A stretch of DNA of 47,023 nt from a virus (Duplodnaviria; Caudoviricetes): positions 1-47,023 of IMG/VR virus record IMGVR_UViG_3300037515_000068. The stretch is one strand, 5' to 3'. Positions 38,169 to 46,361 of this stretch are shown piece by piece. Position numbers and translations under genes: made by a program. Position 1 is the stretch's first letter. Every line of letters begins with the position of its first letter. The notes below the pieces were generated by a model. The model was given only the letters and a program-made list of their open reading frames with translations, ran no database searches and was not told the DNA's origin.

Positions 38169-38345
38169 CAAGATAGGCGACTAGAATAGAGGCTGGTGGA
38201 GATCATATGCCCATCATGGAGACCATCTAGCCGCCTTCCTTGTTGGTGAATCGCAAGCGGTCGGCGTAGTCAGTTCGAGCTGTCGAACATATCTGGCGTA
38301 TAGCGGCCAGACACCAACAGCCTACACTCCTCCCCCTGGAGCTTT

Positions 38346-38375
38346 GACCTGTCCTAGTGGCAGGTCTTTTTTTTT
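38346..38375 (+). terminator. Rho-independent terminator
   Basis: GACCTGTC-CTAGT-GGCAGGTC followed by T9. Confidence 0.8.
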
Positions 38376-38454
38376 CGTAAATTTTGCTACTTGGTATTGC
38401 GGTAGTTGGCGGGCGGGGTTACTATGTTGGTGCGCTGTACATCCGGCGACATTC

Positions 38455-38549
38455 TTGACGGGATGATGAGTTGGCCTTAGCCAAACCCCTGCACCTACTC
38501 GGTGTCCGTCAACTCCCTACATGGGAGAGGGGTTTGACTAAGGCTTTTT
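38455..38549 (+). ncRNA. Second c4/CI-like antisense RNA locus
   Basis: Stem GCCTTAGCCAAACCCCT 38474-38490 / AGGGGTTTGACTAAGGC 38528-38544 enclosing two small hairpins; inner CCGTCAA is complementary to upstream TTGACGG (38455-38461). Confidence 0.55.
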
Positions 38550-38568
38550 GCATGGGAGAAAATAAAAA

Positions 38569-38694
38569 ATGAATGCACAGTTCCAAGCTGCCCACCGATA
38601 CGCGAAGCTGATCCCGAAGATGAAGGAGCGCAATCGTCGAACAGGCGTTTTAATGCTGCTGGCTAAGATCAAGGCAGCAATCAAGCATGGCTAG
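38569..38694 (+). CDS. Small basic protein (41 aa)
   Basis: GGGAG RBS; overlaps the initiator start. Confidence 0.45.
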   Translation: MNAQFQAAHRYAKLIPKMKERNRRTGVLMLLAKIKAAIKHG

Positions 38695-39418
38695 AATTCG
38701 CTCTATCAAGCCTGACTTCTGGACTGACGAGAAGATCGTAGAGCTTTCCGCTTTCTCGCGCCTGCTGTTCATTGGCCTGTGGAACTTTGCTGACGACGAT
38801 GGGCGCATGGTGTACTCGCCCAAGAAAATCAAGATGCAGATATTCCCCGCCGATACTCTGGATATTTCGGAGTTATTCGGGGAAATTCGGCGGGAATCGC
38901 TGGTTGATATTTATGTCGTTGATGGTGTTGAATATTTGCAGGTAAAGAATTTTGCACAGCACCAGAAGATCGACAAGCGGACAGCATCGAAACTACCAGA
39001 AAATTCCGACTCACCTCCGAATTCCGCCGAATCCCACCGAATCCCAACTACGGAATGGAAGGGAAGGGAAGAGGAAAAGGAAGGGAATGGAATAAAAGCT
39101 ATAGCAACCGGCAAGCCGGTTTGCCCACATCAGGAAATCATCGCCCTATACCACGAGATTCTGCCGTCTTGCCCTGCAATCCGCGACTGGACTACAGCAA
39201 GGGCGGCAGCATTGAAGGCTCGATGGAACGAGGATGCCGAACGGCAATCGCTGGAATACTGGCGACGGCTGTTCGAGTACATCGCCGCGATTCCGTTCCT
39301 GACTGGCAAGGTTTCCAGCTCTGGACGCAAGCCGTTCGTGCTGTCGCTGGACTGGCTGGTGAAGGCCGATAACTTCGCCAAGGTGCGCGAAGGACGCTAC
39401 GAGGATTCCGCAGCATGA
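38687..39418 (+). CDS. Replication initiator protein
   Basis: MARIRSIKPDFWTDEK..LLFIGLWNFADDDGR; C-terminal LDWLVKADNFAKVREGRY. Confidence 0.85.
   Translation: MARIRSIKPDFWTDEKIVELSAFSRLLFIGLWNFADDDGRMVYSPKKIKMQIFPADTLDISELFGEIRRESLVDIYVVDGVEYLQVKNFAQHQKIDKRTASKLPENSDSPPNSAESHRIPTTEWKGREEEKEGNGIKAIATGKPVCPHQEIIALYHEILPSCPAIRDWTTARAAALKARWNEDAERQSLEYWRRLFEYIAAIPFLTGKVSSSGRKPFVLSLDWLVKADNFAKVREGRYEDSAA
38861..39046. other. Putative replication origin (iterons within the initiator gene)
   Basis: 10-bp-period repeats ending TTCGG (38861-38890) and inverted CCGAAT(T/C)C.. x3 (39017-39046) flanking an AT-richer stretch. Confidence 0.55.
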
Positions 39419-40751
39419 GCGACCTATCCGAAAACTTCACTGTCCCGCACAGCACTGACGCAGAGCAATCCGTACTCGGTGGACTGCTGATCGACAACAA
39501 CGCGATTGAGCGCATGGGCGACTTGGAAGAGTCGGCGTTCTACACCGAATCGCACCGCCTGATTTACCGCGCCATCCGCAAGCAAGCTGCTTCCGGCAAG
39601 TCGTGGGATGTCATCACCGTGGCGGAAATGCTCGAATCGGTGAAGCGCTTGGATGCTGTCGGTGGGTTGCCGTACATCGGTAGTCTTGCGCAAAACGTGC
39701 CGTCGGCCGCAAACATTCGCCGCTATGCCGAGATCGTCCGCGAGCATGCCATGCGCCGAGAGATTATGGCCGCCGCTGCCGAACTATCCGAACTGGTCGC
39801 CGCCAATGGAGATGTCGCGGTGGCGATGGACAAAGCGCAATCCCGCCTGATGGCGATTACCGAAGGCGTGCAGACGGACGAGCCGCGCCACATTGCCGAG
39901 ATCGTGACAAGCGGCTTGAAGGCAGCACAAAGGGAATTCCTACCGGCCTGATTGAACTCGATGCAATCCTGAACGGAGGCTGGCATCGCGGGCAGGTGAT
40001 CGTGATGGCGGCAAGGCCTAGCATGGGTAAAACCGCGCTATCGCTGCACAACGCCACGTATGCGGCGCAGCATGGCTACGGCGTGCTGTATCTGAGCATG
40101 GAAATGAAGGATAGCGAACTGGCTGATCGGGCGATTGCCTCGTTGGGTCGTGTCAACCTTGGCAGCATCCTCACAGGTGACATGAAAAGCGAACAATGGG
40201 ATGGAATCACACATGCAGTCGGCAAGGTGCAGGACATCGCGCTGCATGTGCTCGACAAGTCCGGACTGAGCTTCTACCAAGTGGCTACATTCTCGCGCCG
40301 CCACAAGCGCAAGCACGGGCTGGATGTGCTGGTGGTTGACTACTTGCAACTGATGTCCGGAGCGGATGACGAGAAGCGCCACGCTCAGATTGAGGAAATC
40401 ACCCGCAACCTGAAATCTCTGGCGAAGGAGTTGGATATTGCGGTGCTGCTGTTGAGCCAGTTGTCACGTAAGACCGAAGAAAGCCGCCGCCCGAAGTTGT
40501 CGCACCTTCGCGACTCCGGTTCCATCGAACAGGATGCGGATGTTGTGCTGTTCATCCACCGCGAGGAAGTTGACAACCCGGAAACGCAATGGAAGAACTA
40601 CGCGGACATTCATATCGCGAAGAACCGCCAGGGTGCGTTAGGGCGGGTAGGGGCGACGTACATCGGGCATCAGGTGCGCTTCGATAACTTCACCGGCACG
40701 CCGCCGAACTGGGACGAAAAGCCCGCACAAAAACCGAGAGGATACCCGTAA
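39415..40751 (+). pseudogene. dnaB: DnaB-like replicative helicase, frameshifted near 39905
   Basis: N-domain PHSTDAEQSVLGGLL in one frame; KRLEGSTKGIPTGLIELDAILNGGWHRGQVIVMAARPSMGKT, VVDYLQL, LRDSGSIEQDAD in the -1 frame. Confidence 0.85.
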
Positions 40752-40909
40752 TGACCATCCGCCAATCCTACGCCGAGCGAGACGCCGCCATCTTCGCATG
40801 GTCTGAAACTGGCATGCGCCAGAAGGCCATCGCGCAGATGTTCGACCTGTCCGAGTATCGCATCAAGGCCATCATCGCCAAGCAACGCAAGATTACCAAA
40901 ACCAACTAG
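40751..40909 (+). CDS. Small Mor-like HTH protein (52 aa)
   Basis: ERDAAIF..GMRQKAIAQMFDLSEYRIKAII. Confidence 0.6.
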   Translation: MTIRQSYAERDAAIFAWSETGMRQKAIAQMFDLSEYRIKAIIAKQRKITKTN

Positions 40910-40918
40910 GAGGCAAAA

Positions 40919-41911
40919 ATGGAACGCAAATTAGCATCTGTCAAACGCATTACCGAAATCAGAGCAATCGAAGGTGCTGACGCAATTGAGTGCGCAATTG
41001 TCGGCGGCGGATGGCCGGTAGTGGTGAAGAAGGACGAATTCAATGAAGGCGATTTGGCGCTGTACTTGGAGATCGACTCTTGGGTTCCGTATGAGCTTGC
41101 ACCATTCTTGTGCAGAGGAAAAGAGCCTCGCGAGTTTAACGGCGTGAAGGGCGAGCGTCTGCGCACGATCAAGCTGCGCGGCCAGATCAGCCAAGGTCTG
41201 GTGTTGCCGCTTGACCCGAGTGAGGACATGGCGTTCGATGGGCAGGACATGACTGAGCGTTACGGCATCCAGAAATGGGAGAAGCCAATCCCGGCGCAAC
41301 TGCAAGGCCAGATGAAAGGAAACTTCCCGTCTTGGATTCGCAAGACAGATCAAGAGCGCGTCCAGAACCTTGACGGGGTAATTTGCTGGGATGATGAATA
41401 CGAAATAACAATCAAGCTGGACGGCTCCAGCATGACGATATGGGGCCATGCCGGCGAGGTCGGGGTATGCTCTCGCAACGTGGACTTAAAGATGGATCAG
41501 GAAGGAAATTCGTTCGTCAACATGGCGAAGAAGATTCTTGATCGAATTGAGTTGCCGGAAGAAATCGCCATTCAAGGCGAGCTGATTGGGCCATCAATTC
41601 AGGGCAATCGCGAAGGTCTAGCGGAACATGAATTTTACGTGTTCGATATATTCGATATTGTGGCGCAAGCGTATTGGTCTCCGCTGAGTGTGCGTGCATT
41701 TTGCAAAACCAACGGATTGAATCACGTTCCAGTTATTGATGAGCACTGCAAACTTGTTGACAATGGCGTTTGCTCGATTGAGTCCGCACTTGCATTCGCC
41801 GAAGGGAAATCGCTGAATAACCCGGTGCGAGAGGGTTTGGTATTTAAGCGCACAGATGGGGGATTTTCGTTTAAGGCCATCAGCAATACTTTTTTGCTTG
41901 GCGAAAAGTGA
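40919..41911 (+). CDS. RNA ligase (DRB0094/Rnl2-like family)
   Basis: RKLASV..IEGADAIE..KLRGQISQGL..KTDQERVQN..KLDGSS..QGELIG..EGLVFK..SFKAISN. Confidence 0.9.
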   Translation: MERKLASVKRITEIRAIEGADAIECAIVGGGWPVVVKKDEFNEGDLALYLEIDSWVPYELAPFLCRGKEPREFNGVKGERLRTIKLRGQISQGLVLPLDPSEDMAFDGQDMTERYGIQKWEKPIPAQLQGQMKGNFPSWIRKTDQERVQNLDGVICWDDEYEITIKLDGSSMTIWGHAGEVGVCSRNVDLKMDQEGNSFVNMAKKILDRIELPEEIAIQGELIGPSIQGNREGLAEHEFYVFDIFDIVAQAYWSPLSVRAFCKTNGLNHVPVIDEHCKLVDNGVCSIESALAFAEGKSLNNPVREGLVFKRTDGGFSFKAISNTFLLGEK

Positions 41912-41936
41912 TTATCGCAGCGCAACGGAGGAAAGC

Positions 41937-42113
41937 ATGATTTCTGCAATTATCAACAAATTTCGCACGACCTTACGCACTAATCGGCTGCGCAAAGCAA
42001 TCCGAGTTGTTGAGTCCGAAGGTCTCCATGTTTGCAACATGAAAGAGCTTTGGGATTCTGTTTATCTGGTAGACAAAAAAGGAAGCTGGCACAAGGTTGG
42101 GAGGAAAGCATGA
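41937..42113 (+). CDS. Small hypothetical protein
   Basis: GGAGG RBS (MISAIINK...). Confidence 0.5.
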   Translation: MISAIINKFRTTLRTNRLRKAIRVVESEGLHVCNMKELWDSVYLVDKKGSWHKVGRKA

Positions 42114-42496
42114 GCCGGAAACGAGGCAAACGGCATAGCACGCTTGCGGTCGTTCCACTGGGTGCAAAGCGCAACAGATACGAAATCGACGCACGCGCTG
42201 CCTTGCTTGCACTGGAGAACGATTGCGCCAATCAGCAGCATCTGGTTGACCTGTACGTGCTAGCCGAGCTGTGCGACGAGCTGACCGACGAACCGCATAT
42301 CAGGGCGCATTGTGATGCTGTGCGCCGGCTGTGCGACGAAATCCACAATGCCGAGTACGTCTGCACGGGATTGCGCTACGCAGCGATGCAGTCGAGCGCG
42401 AACCTGCTGCTTGACTGGTTCCACCTACAGCCGAATGCGTCCATCGCACGGATCGCGCTGCGCATGGTGGCGAAAATTGAAGGGGTGACGGAATGA
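42110..42496 (+). CDS. Hypothetical protein
   Basis: GGAGG RBS (MSRKRGKR...). Confidence 0.55.
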   Translation: MSRKRGKRHSTLAVVPLGAKRNRYEIDARAALLALENDCANQQHLVDLYVLAELCDELTDEPHIRAHCDAVRRLCDEIHNAEYVCTGLRYAAMQSSANLLLDWFHLQPNASIARIALRMVAKIEGVTE

Positions 42497-42714
42497 TGGA
42501 AACTACACCTAGAGTTATTGGGCTATCGCGCGACAATAGAACGCAGCGATGGCTTGTAACGTGCCCGAGGTGCGGCCATGTATTTGAGCCGCAAACGACC
42601 AGGCTATCATGGCAAGACATGGACTGCCCTAAAACAAAGTGCGGGGCGCGAATGATGGCTGACTACAATGCAGAGCCGCCAACAGTGAAATTGGTGCGTA
42701 AGGAGGCCGCATGA
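42493..42714 (+). CDS. Zn-ribbon protein
   Basis: CPRCG..CPKTKCG. Confidence 0.55.
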   Translation: MMETTPRVIGLSRDNRTQRWLVTCPRCGHVFEPQTTRLSWQDMDCPKTKCGARMMADYNAEPPTVKLVRKEAA

Positions 42715-42934
42715 GACTTGAAACCTACCCCACCTGTAAAGCCAGCCGCAAGACGCGCAAGCCTCTGCGCACGGCTCTTGAATTGGCGGCTGAACACAAT
42801 CGAGCATGGCGCAACTGCGCGGCTATCTTGCCGGGAGCGATGCACCGAAGCCGGAGATGGTCAACCGGCGCGGCGGCGCGTATTACGAACCTATCGCATT
42901 CCGCAAGTGGATTGCAAAAAAGTTGCCGAATTGA
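42711..42934 (+). pseudogene. Xis/AlpA-like wHTH protein with an apparent 1-nt frameshift near 42800
   Basis: PLRTALELAAEHN in frame 0 continues as SMAQLRGYLAGSDAPKP..YYEPIAFRKW in the -1 frame. Confidence 0.45.
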
Positions 42935-43025
42935 GCTATAACATGTAGCAATAATTTGTTGCTTGATGTAGAGTGTCGGAACGCTAACAGGGCGCAACGC
43001 TAGATTGAAAAGAAAGGATTTTTTA

Positions 43026-43772
43026 ATGCGAGTTGATGACGAAGTATTAGCTGTGTTGAGCCGTGCTGAAACTAGCGGGTTTGAATTGAAGCTGACAGGG
43101 CAGCTTGACCGCAAGCTATACGAGCGCACGAACAAAGTGCTGGAAGCTGCGGGCGGGAAGTGGAACCGAAAAGCTAAGGCGCACGTTTTTGAATCTGAGG
43201 CTTTTGACAGAATTGACCAGATCATTTTGTCCGGTGAGGTTGAGATACCAAAGGACGAATTTAACTATTTTCCTTCCCCGCCTGCTGTTGTAGCGCGGCT
43301 TATGGAGCTTGCTGGAATTTCGCCTGGGATGCAGGTTTTAGAGCCAAGCGCGGGGCGCGGGGCTATTGCGGTAGCTTGCGCCGAGCAAGGCGCCGATGTT
43401 GACTGCGTGGAACTGATGGAAGTCAACTACAACGCGCTATGCGCGGATGACAGGCTTAAGCGCGTGAAACATGGCTGCTTCCTTGAGCATGGCGTGATTG
43501 AGGCTTACGACCGCATCGTGATGAACCCACCTTTTGCAAAACAGGCCGACATCAAGCACGTAACCCACGCGCTGAAATTCTTGAAGCCGGGTGGTAAGCT
43601 AGTTTCGGTAATGGCGTCAAGCGTTGGATTCCGCGAAAACAGGCTTACCAACGAATTCCGCGATTTGATTGCAGAGCGAGGCGGACGAATTGAAGCACTG
43701 CCAGAGGGCGCATTCAAAGAATCTGGCACGATGGTTCGGACGGTGATCGTTGAGATACCGGCTGCAATTTGA
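43026..43772 (+). CDS. SAM-dependent N6-adenine-type methyltransferase
   Basis: VLEPSAGRGAI, MNPPF, LKPGGKLV, FKESGT. Confidence 0.88.
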   Translation: MRVDDEVLAVLSRAETSGFELKLTGQLDRKLYERTNKVLEAAGGKWNRKAKAHVFESEAFDRIDQIILSGEVEIPKDEFNYFPSPPAVVARLMELAGISPGMQVLEPSAGRGAIAVACAEQGADVDCVELMEVNYNALCADDRLKRVKHGCFLEHGVIEAYDRIVMNPPFAKQADIKHVTHALKFLKPGGKLVSVMASSVGFRENRLTNEFRDLIAERGGRIEALPEGAFKESGTMVRTVIVEIPAAI

Positions 43773-43787
43773 TTTGGAGGTATTGCG

Positions 43788-43886
43788 GTGAGCCAAACCA
43801 TCATCATCACCCAGCAAAGCCAGCAGAACGCACTGACTCGCATTTCCAACCTGCCGACAGATGGCAGCGTTGAGATTGTTGTATGA
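43788..43886 (+). pseudogene. Truncated NinB-like N-terminal fragment
   Basis: GGAGG RBS; MSQTIIITQQSQQNALTRISNLPTDGSVEIVV*. Confidence 0.4.
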
Positions 43887-44320
43887 GCGCGTGGACAATT
43901 AACAGCGAATCATCGCTACAATCCGCTATTGGTGACGTGCGAGAGTTGTACCGTGTACACAAGTACGTAAAGCTATCCGCCAAGACAGGTAAGGCGCGTA
44001 GCTTGGATCAAAATGCAATAAGCCATAGTTGGTACGAGCAACTTGCCCGCGAACTTCGGGAGGATGATGCGGTAGGCTGGAAATCCTACTGCAAGCTGCA
44101 TCACGGCGTTCCGATACTTCGAGCAGAGGATGTAGAATTTCGCGAGTTTTACGATACATCTATGCTGCGCACGATGAGCTATGAGCAAAAGCTTGCGGCG
44201 ATGAAGTTTGTACCTGTGACTAGCATAATGACGAAGCCGCAGTTGAGTAAATATCTTGAATCGATGCAAATCGATTTCGATAAGCGTGGTGTATATTTAA
44301 AATTTCCAGAATTGGAGTAA
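43883..44320 (+). CDS. ninB: NinB-like protein
   Basis: RSLDQNAISHSWY..WKSYCK..TSIMTKPQLSKYLE. Confidence 0.7.
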   Translation: MSAWTINSESSLQSAIGDVRELYRVHKYVKLSAKTGKARSLDQNAISHSWYEQLARELREDDAVGWKSYCKLHHGVPILRAEDVEFREFYDTSMLRTMSYEQKLAAMKFVPVTSIMTKPQLSKYLESMQIDFDKRGVYLKFPELE

Positions 44321-44399
44321 AAAATGATTCGTAAAACTCGCCAGAGGAAAAAAAAGACCTTTATATTTAGTCAATAATCTTGCTGAAATTCACAGAGGC

Positions 44400-44819
44400 A
44401 TGAAGAGATCCGAAGAAACAAGGAAGAAAATTTCTGATTCCATGAAAGGGAACCAGAAATGGCTAGGAAAAAAACATTCAGAAGAAACAAAGATTCTTAT
44501 ATCAAAAGCCAAAGCCGGCAAAGATAATTTGAAAGCAAGGAAGCCGATAAAAGCTAATAAAGTTGGCTGTAGCGATTATATATATTTCAGTGGATTGCTA
44601 GAGGCATCTAAAGCATTGGGTATCGGAGCATCAGGGATTTCTATGTGTTGCACAGGCAAGAAATCATCCGCTAGAGGGTATGAGTTTAGATTTACGAGCG
44701 CGCAGGAATTAGGCGTTATTTTTTACGTGCACAACGTAGAGTTCAGCGGGACTCCGGCAGCATCATCGCCGGAGGCTCCGCTGGAACGCCGGGTTGGGCC
44801 TGGCGCACAGGAGGATTGA
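44400..44819 (+). CDS. NUMOD3/NUMOD1-type DNA-binding protein lacking a nuclease domain
   Basis: KRSEETRKKISDS, GKKHSEETK, FSGLLEASKALG..ISMCCTGK..ARGYEF; C-terminus encoded by the attC. Confidence 0.7.
   Translation: MKRSEETRKKISDSMKGNQKWLGKKHSEETKILISKAKAGKDNLKARKPIKANKVGCSDYIYFSGLLEASKALGIGASGISMCCTGKKSSARGYEFRFTSAQELGVIFYVHNVEFSGTPAASSPEAPLERRVGPGAQED
44729..44799 (-). repeat. attC site
   Basis: Minus strand GCCCAAC-CCGGC-GTTCCAGCGG..CCGCTGAAC-TCTAC-GTTGTGC. Confidence 0.88.
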
Positions 44820-44822
44820 GAT

Positions 44823-45020
44823 ATGCAAACAGCGAAAGAGCGAGAAGAAGCGTTTCGCCGCGACCTGGCGGAACTGCTGGCAAAGCACAAGGCTGAACTG
44901 AACATCACCGACGACGGCAGGAGCTACGGAATGCACAGCGGCGTTGCCGAGGTGACGATGATGGGCGAGTGGGACGCGGAAGGGAATCCGACCGCCGACT
45001 ACACGGAGTTTCGGATATGA
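44823..45020 (+). CDS. Hypothetical protein in a cassette
   Basis: GGAGG RBS; fills the cassette. Confidence 0.65.
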   Translation: MQTAKEREEAFRRDLAELLAKHKAELNITDDGRSYGMHSGVAEVTMMGEWDAEGNPTADYTEFRI

Positions 45021-45021
45021 G

Positions 45022-45084
45022 GCCCAACGCCTGAATTAACGCGCCGCCGCTTTTGGCGGTCGAGCCTTGAACGCCGTGTTATGC
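45022..45084 (-). repeat. attC site
   Basis: Minus strand GCATAAC-ACGGC-GTTCAAGGC..ACCGCCAAAAGCGGCGG..GTTAATT-CAGGC-GTTGGGC. Confidence 0.8.
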
Positions 45085-45105
45085 GGCTATTTACAGGAGG
45101 ATGAG

Positions 45106-45381
45106 ATGGTTGATCTTTCAAGGCAGGAAATGACCGGGACGCTGTACGTGTTTGGCGTTCCGGTTTTGAGTGGGCTGTACGCATCGAATGCGGAGGACGC
45201 GATGACATGGCGAAATCGCGTGCCTCCGCTGCTGCGCTGGGCGTGCCGGTTTAGCTGGTTCATGACCTGGACGACGAAAGAGGAATACCGGGACGCGACC
45301 GGCGCGGTGAGGCGGCGAGACAGCCTGCCGCATAACGAAAAATTAACCAGCGGTGCGCACACTGCACCCAAAACGGAGTAG
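45106..45381 (+). CDS. Hypothetical protein in a cassette, reading into the attC
   Basis: AGGAGG RBS (MVDLSRQEM...). Confidence 0.6.
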   Translation: MVDLSRQEMTGTLYVFGVPVLSGLYASNAEDAMTWRNRVPPLLRWACRFSWFMTWTTKEEYRDATGAVRRRDSLPHNEKLTSGAHTAPKTE

Positions 45382-45452
45382 AGAATATGGAACACACTGA
45401 GGACGTAAACAAGGCCGCTGGCGCACCGTCTGAGTTGAATGCCGGGTTAGGC
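45330..45452 (-). repeat. Long attC site (123 bp)
   Basis: Plus-strand GCATAAC..CGGTGCGC..long loop..GCGCACCG..GTTAGGC. Confidence 0.75.
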
Positions 45453-45476
45453 ATTCTAACCACGGAGAGGTGAACG

Positions 45477-45710
45477 ATGATAAAAAACAAAATAATTGAG
45501 CAGCAGGTTATTTTTGAATCTGCGACAGGTAAAAAGGCGCGCAACGTCTATCTCGGCAGGGAAGACATGAAAGACCTTTTGAAATGGGCGCAACTGAACG
45601 GCTACATCATGGACGCTGGCTCGGCGAACATCGAAGGTTTGGACAGGCCTGTGGTAAGAGGATTGAAATGTTTTGAGGTGAACGCGGACAGGCATATTGA
45701 ATGTGCCTAG
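45477..45710 (+). CDS. Hypothetical protein in a cassette
   Basis: GAGGTG RBS; stop inside the attC heptamer. Confidence 0.65.
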   Translation: MIKNKIIEQQVIFESATGKKARNVYLGREDMKDLLKWAQLNGYIMDAGSANIEGLDRPVVRGLKCFEVNADRHIECA

Positions 45711-45772
45711 CGCCTAGCTAACCGGCGCAGGCGGCTTCATCGCCTGCGTCCGGGTTGAGCGACGTGTTATGC
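45705..45772 (-). repeat. attC site with mutated crossover triplet (GTT to GCT)
   Basis: Minus strand GCATAAC-ACGTC-GCTCAACCCGGACGCAGGCG..CGCCTGCGCCGGTTAGC-TAGGC-GCTAGGC. Confidence 0.8.
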
Positions 45773-45813
45773 CGCCGTGCCGCCAGAACCGTTTTTTAAC
45801 CAAGGAGCAAACC

Positions 45814-46095
45814 ATGAACCTGAAATACCGCAAGAAGCCCGTAGTGATCGAAGCGTTTTGTTTGGACGGCGGCGCAATGCCGGAGTGGTTCTTGGACGCA
45901 CGAAGCGCGGGAACCGTGAGGACGTATGCCGAGGGCACTGGCAACCCGTTCGATGACCCGCTGACGCACGCCGAGATTGACACGCTTGAAGGAACGCACA
46001 GAGCGAACCGGGGAGACTGGATCATTCGCGGGATCAAGGGGGAACTGTACCCATGCAAGCCGGACATCTTCGCAGCGACGTATGAAGCGGCATAA
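45814..46095 (+). CDS. Conserved phage protein (KYRKKPVVIEA family) in a cassette
   Basis: IDTLEG..GDWIIRGIKGELYPCKPDIFAATYE; TAA inside GCATAAC. Confidence 0.85.
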   Translation: MNLKYRKKPVVIEAFCLDGGAMPEWFLDARSAGTVRTYAEGTGNPFDDPLTHAEIDTLEGTHRANRGDWIIRGIKGELYPCKPDIFAATYEAA

Positions 46096-46170
46096 CGAGT
46101 AGTTAACTCGGCTGCGCATCGCGCAGTCCGGTGGAGCGAAGCGGAACGAAAGTTAAACGTAGCGCCCTAA
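46090..46170 (-). repeat. Terminal attC with degenerate inverse core
   Basis: Minus strand GTTTAAC..CTGCGC-GAT-GCGCAG..GTTAAC-TACTC-GTTATGC; the expected AAC of the inverse core is absent. Confidence 0.6.
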
Positions 46171-46172
46171 AA

Positions 46173-46361
46173 ATGCCAGAAAGTACACCAGTTTTGATTT
46201 GCCGCGAATGCAAGCAAGCAGTAATCGGCCCGACTGATGGTGATCGCAAGATGGCTAAACAGGGGTATCGTTCCTGTGCTATGGCTGCAACTCCAGCCGA
46301 AAAAGCGCGGTATCATTCCGGCGGGCAGCAATGTAAATATCCGGGGAGGGTAAAGAAGTGA
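46173..46361 (+). CDS. Small Cys-rich protein
   Basis: MPESTPVLICREC..MAKQGYRSC..QQC. Confidence 0.55.
   Translation: MPESTPVLICRECKQAVIGPTDGDRKMAKQGYRSCAMAATPAEKARYHSGGQQCKYPGRVKK

Larger units (their letters stand above)
44729..46170 (-). mobile_element. Integron-type gene cassette array 2 (four cassettes, attC top strand on minus)
   Basis: Complementary ends GTTGGGC44793/GCCCAAC45022, GTTATGC45078/GCATAAC45330, GTTAGGC45446/GCCTAGC45705 (one mismatch), GTTATGC45766/GCATAAC46090. Confidence 0.85.

Noticed and set aside
44324-44399. Slippage at the A-run extending the NUMOD gene upstream
   Set aside because: Possible, but no supporting motif is gained; cannot be supported from sequence alone
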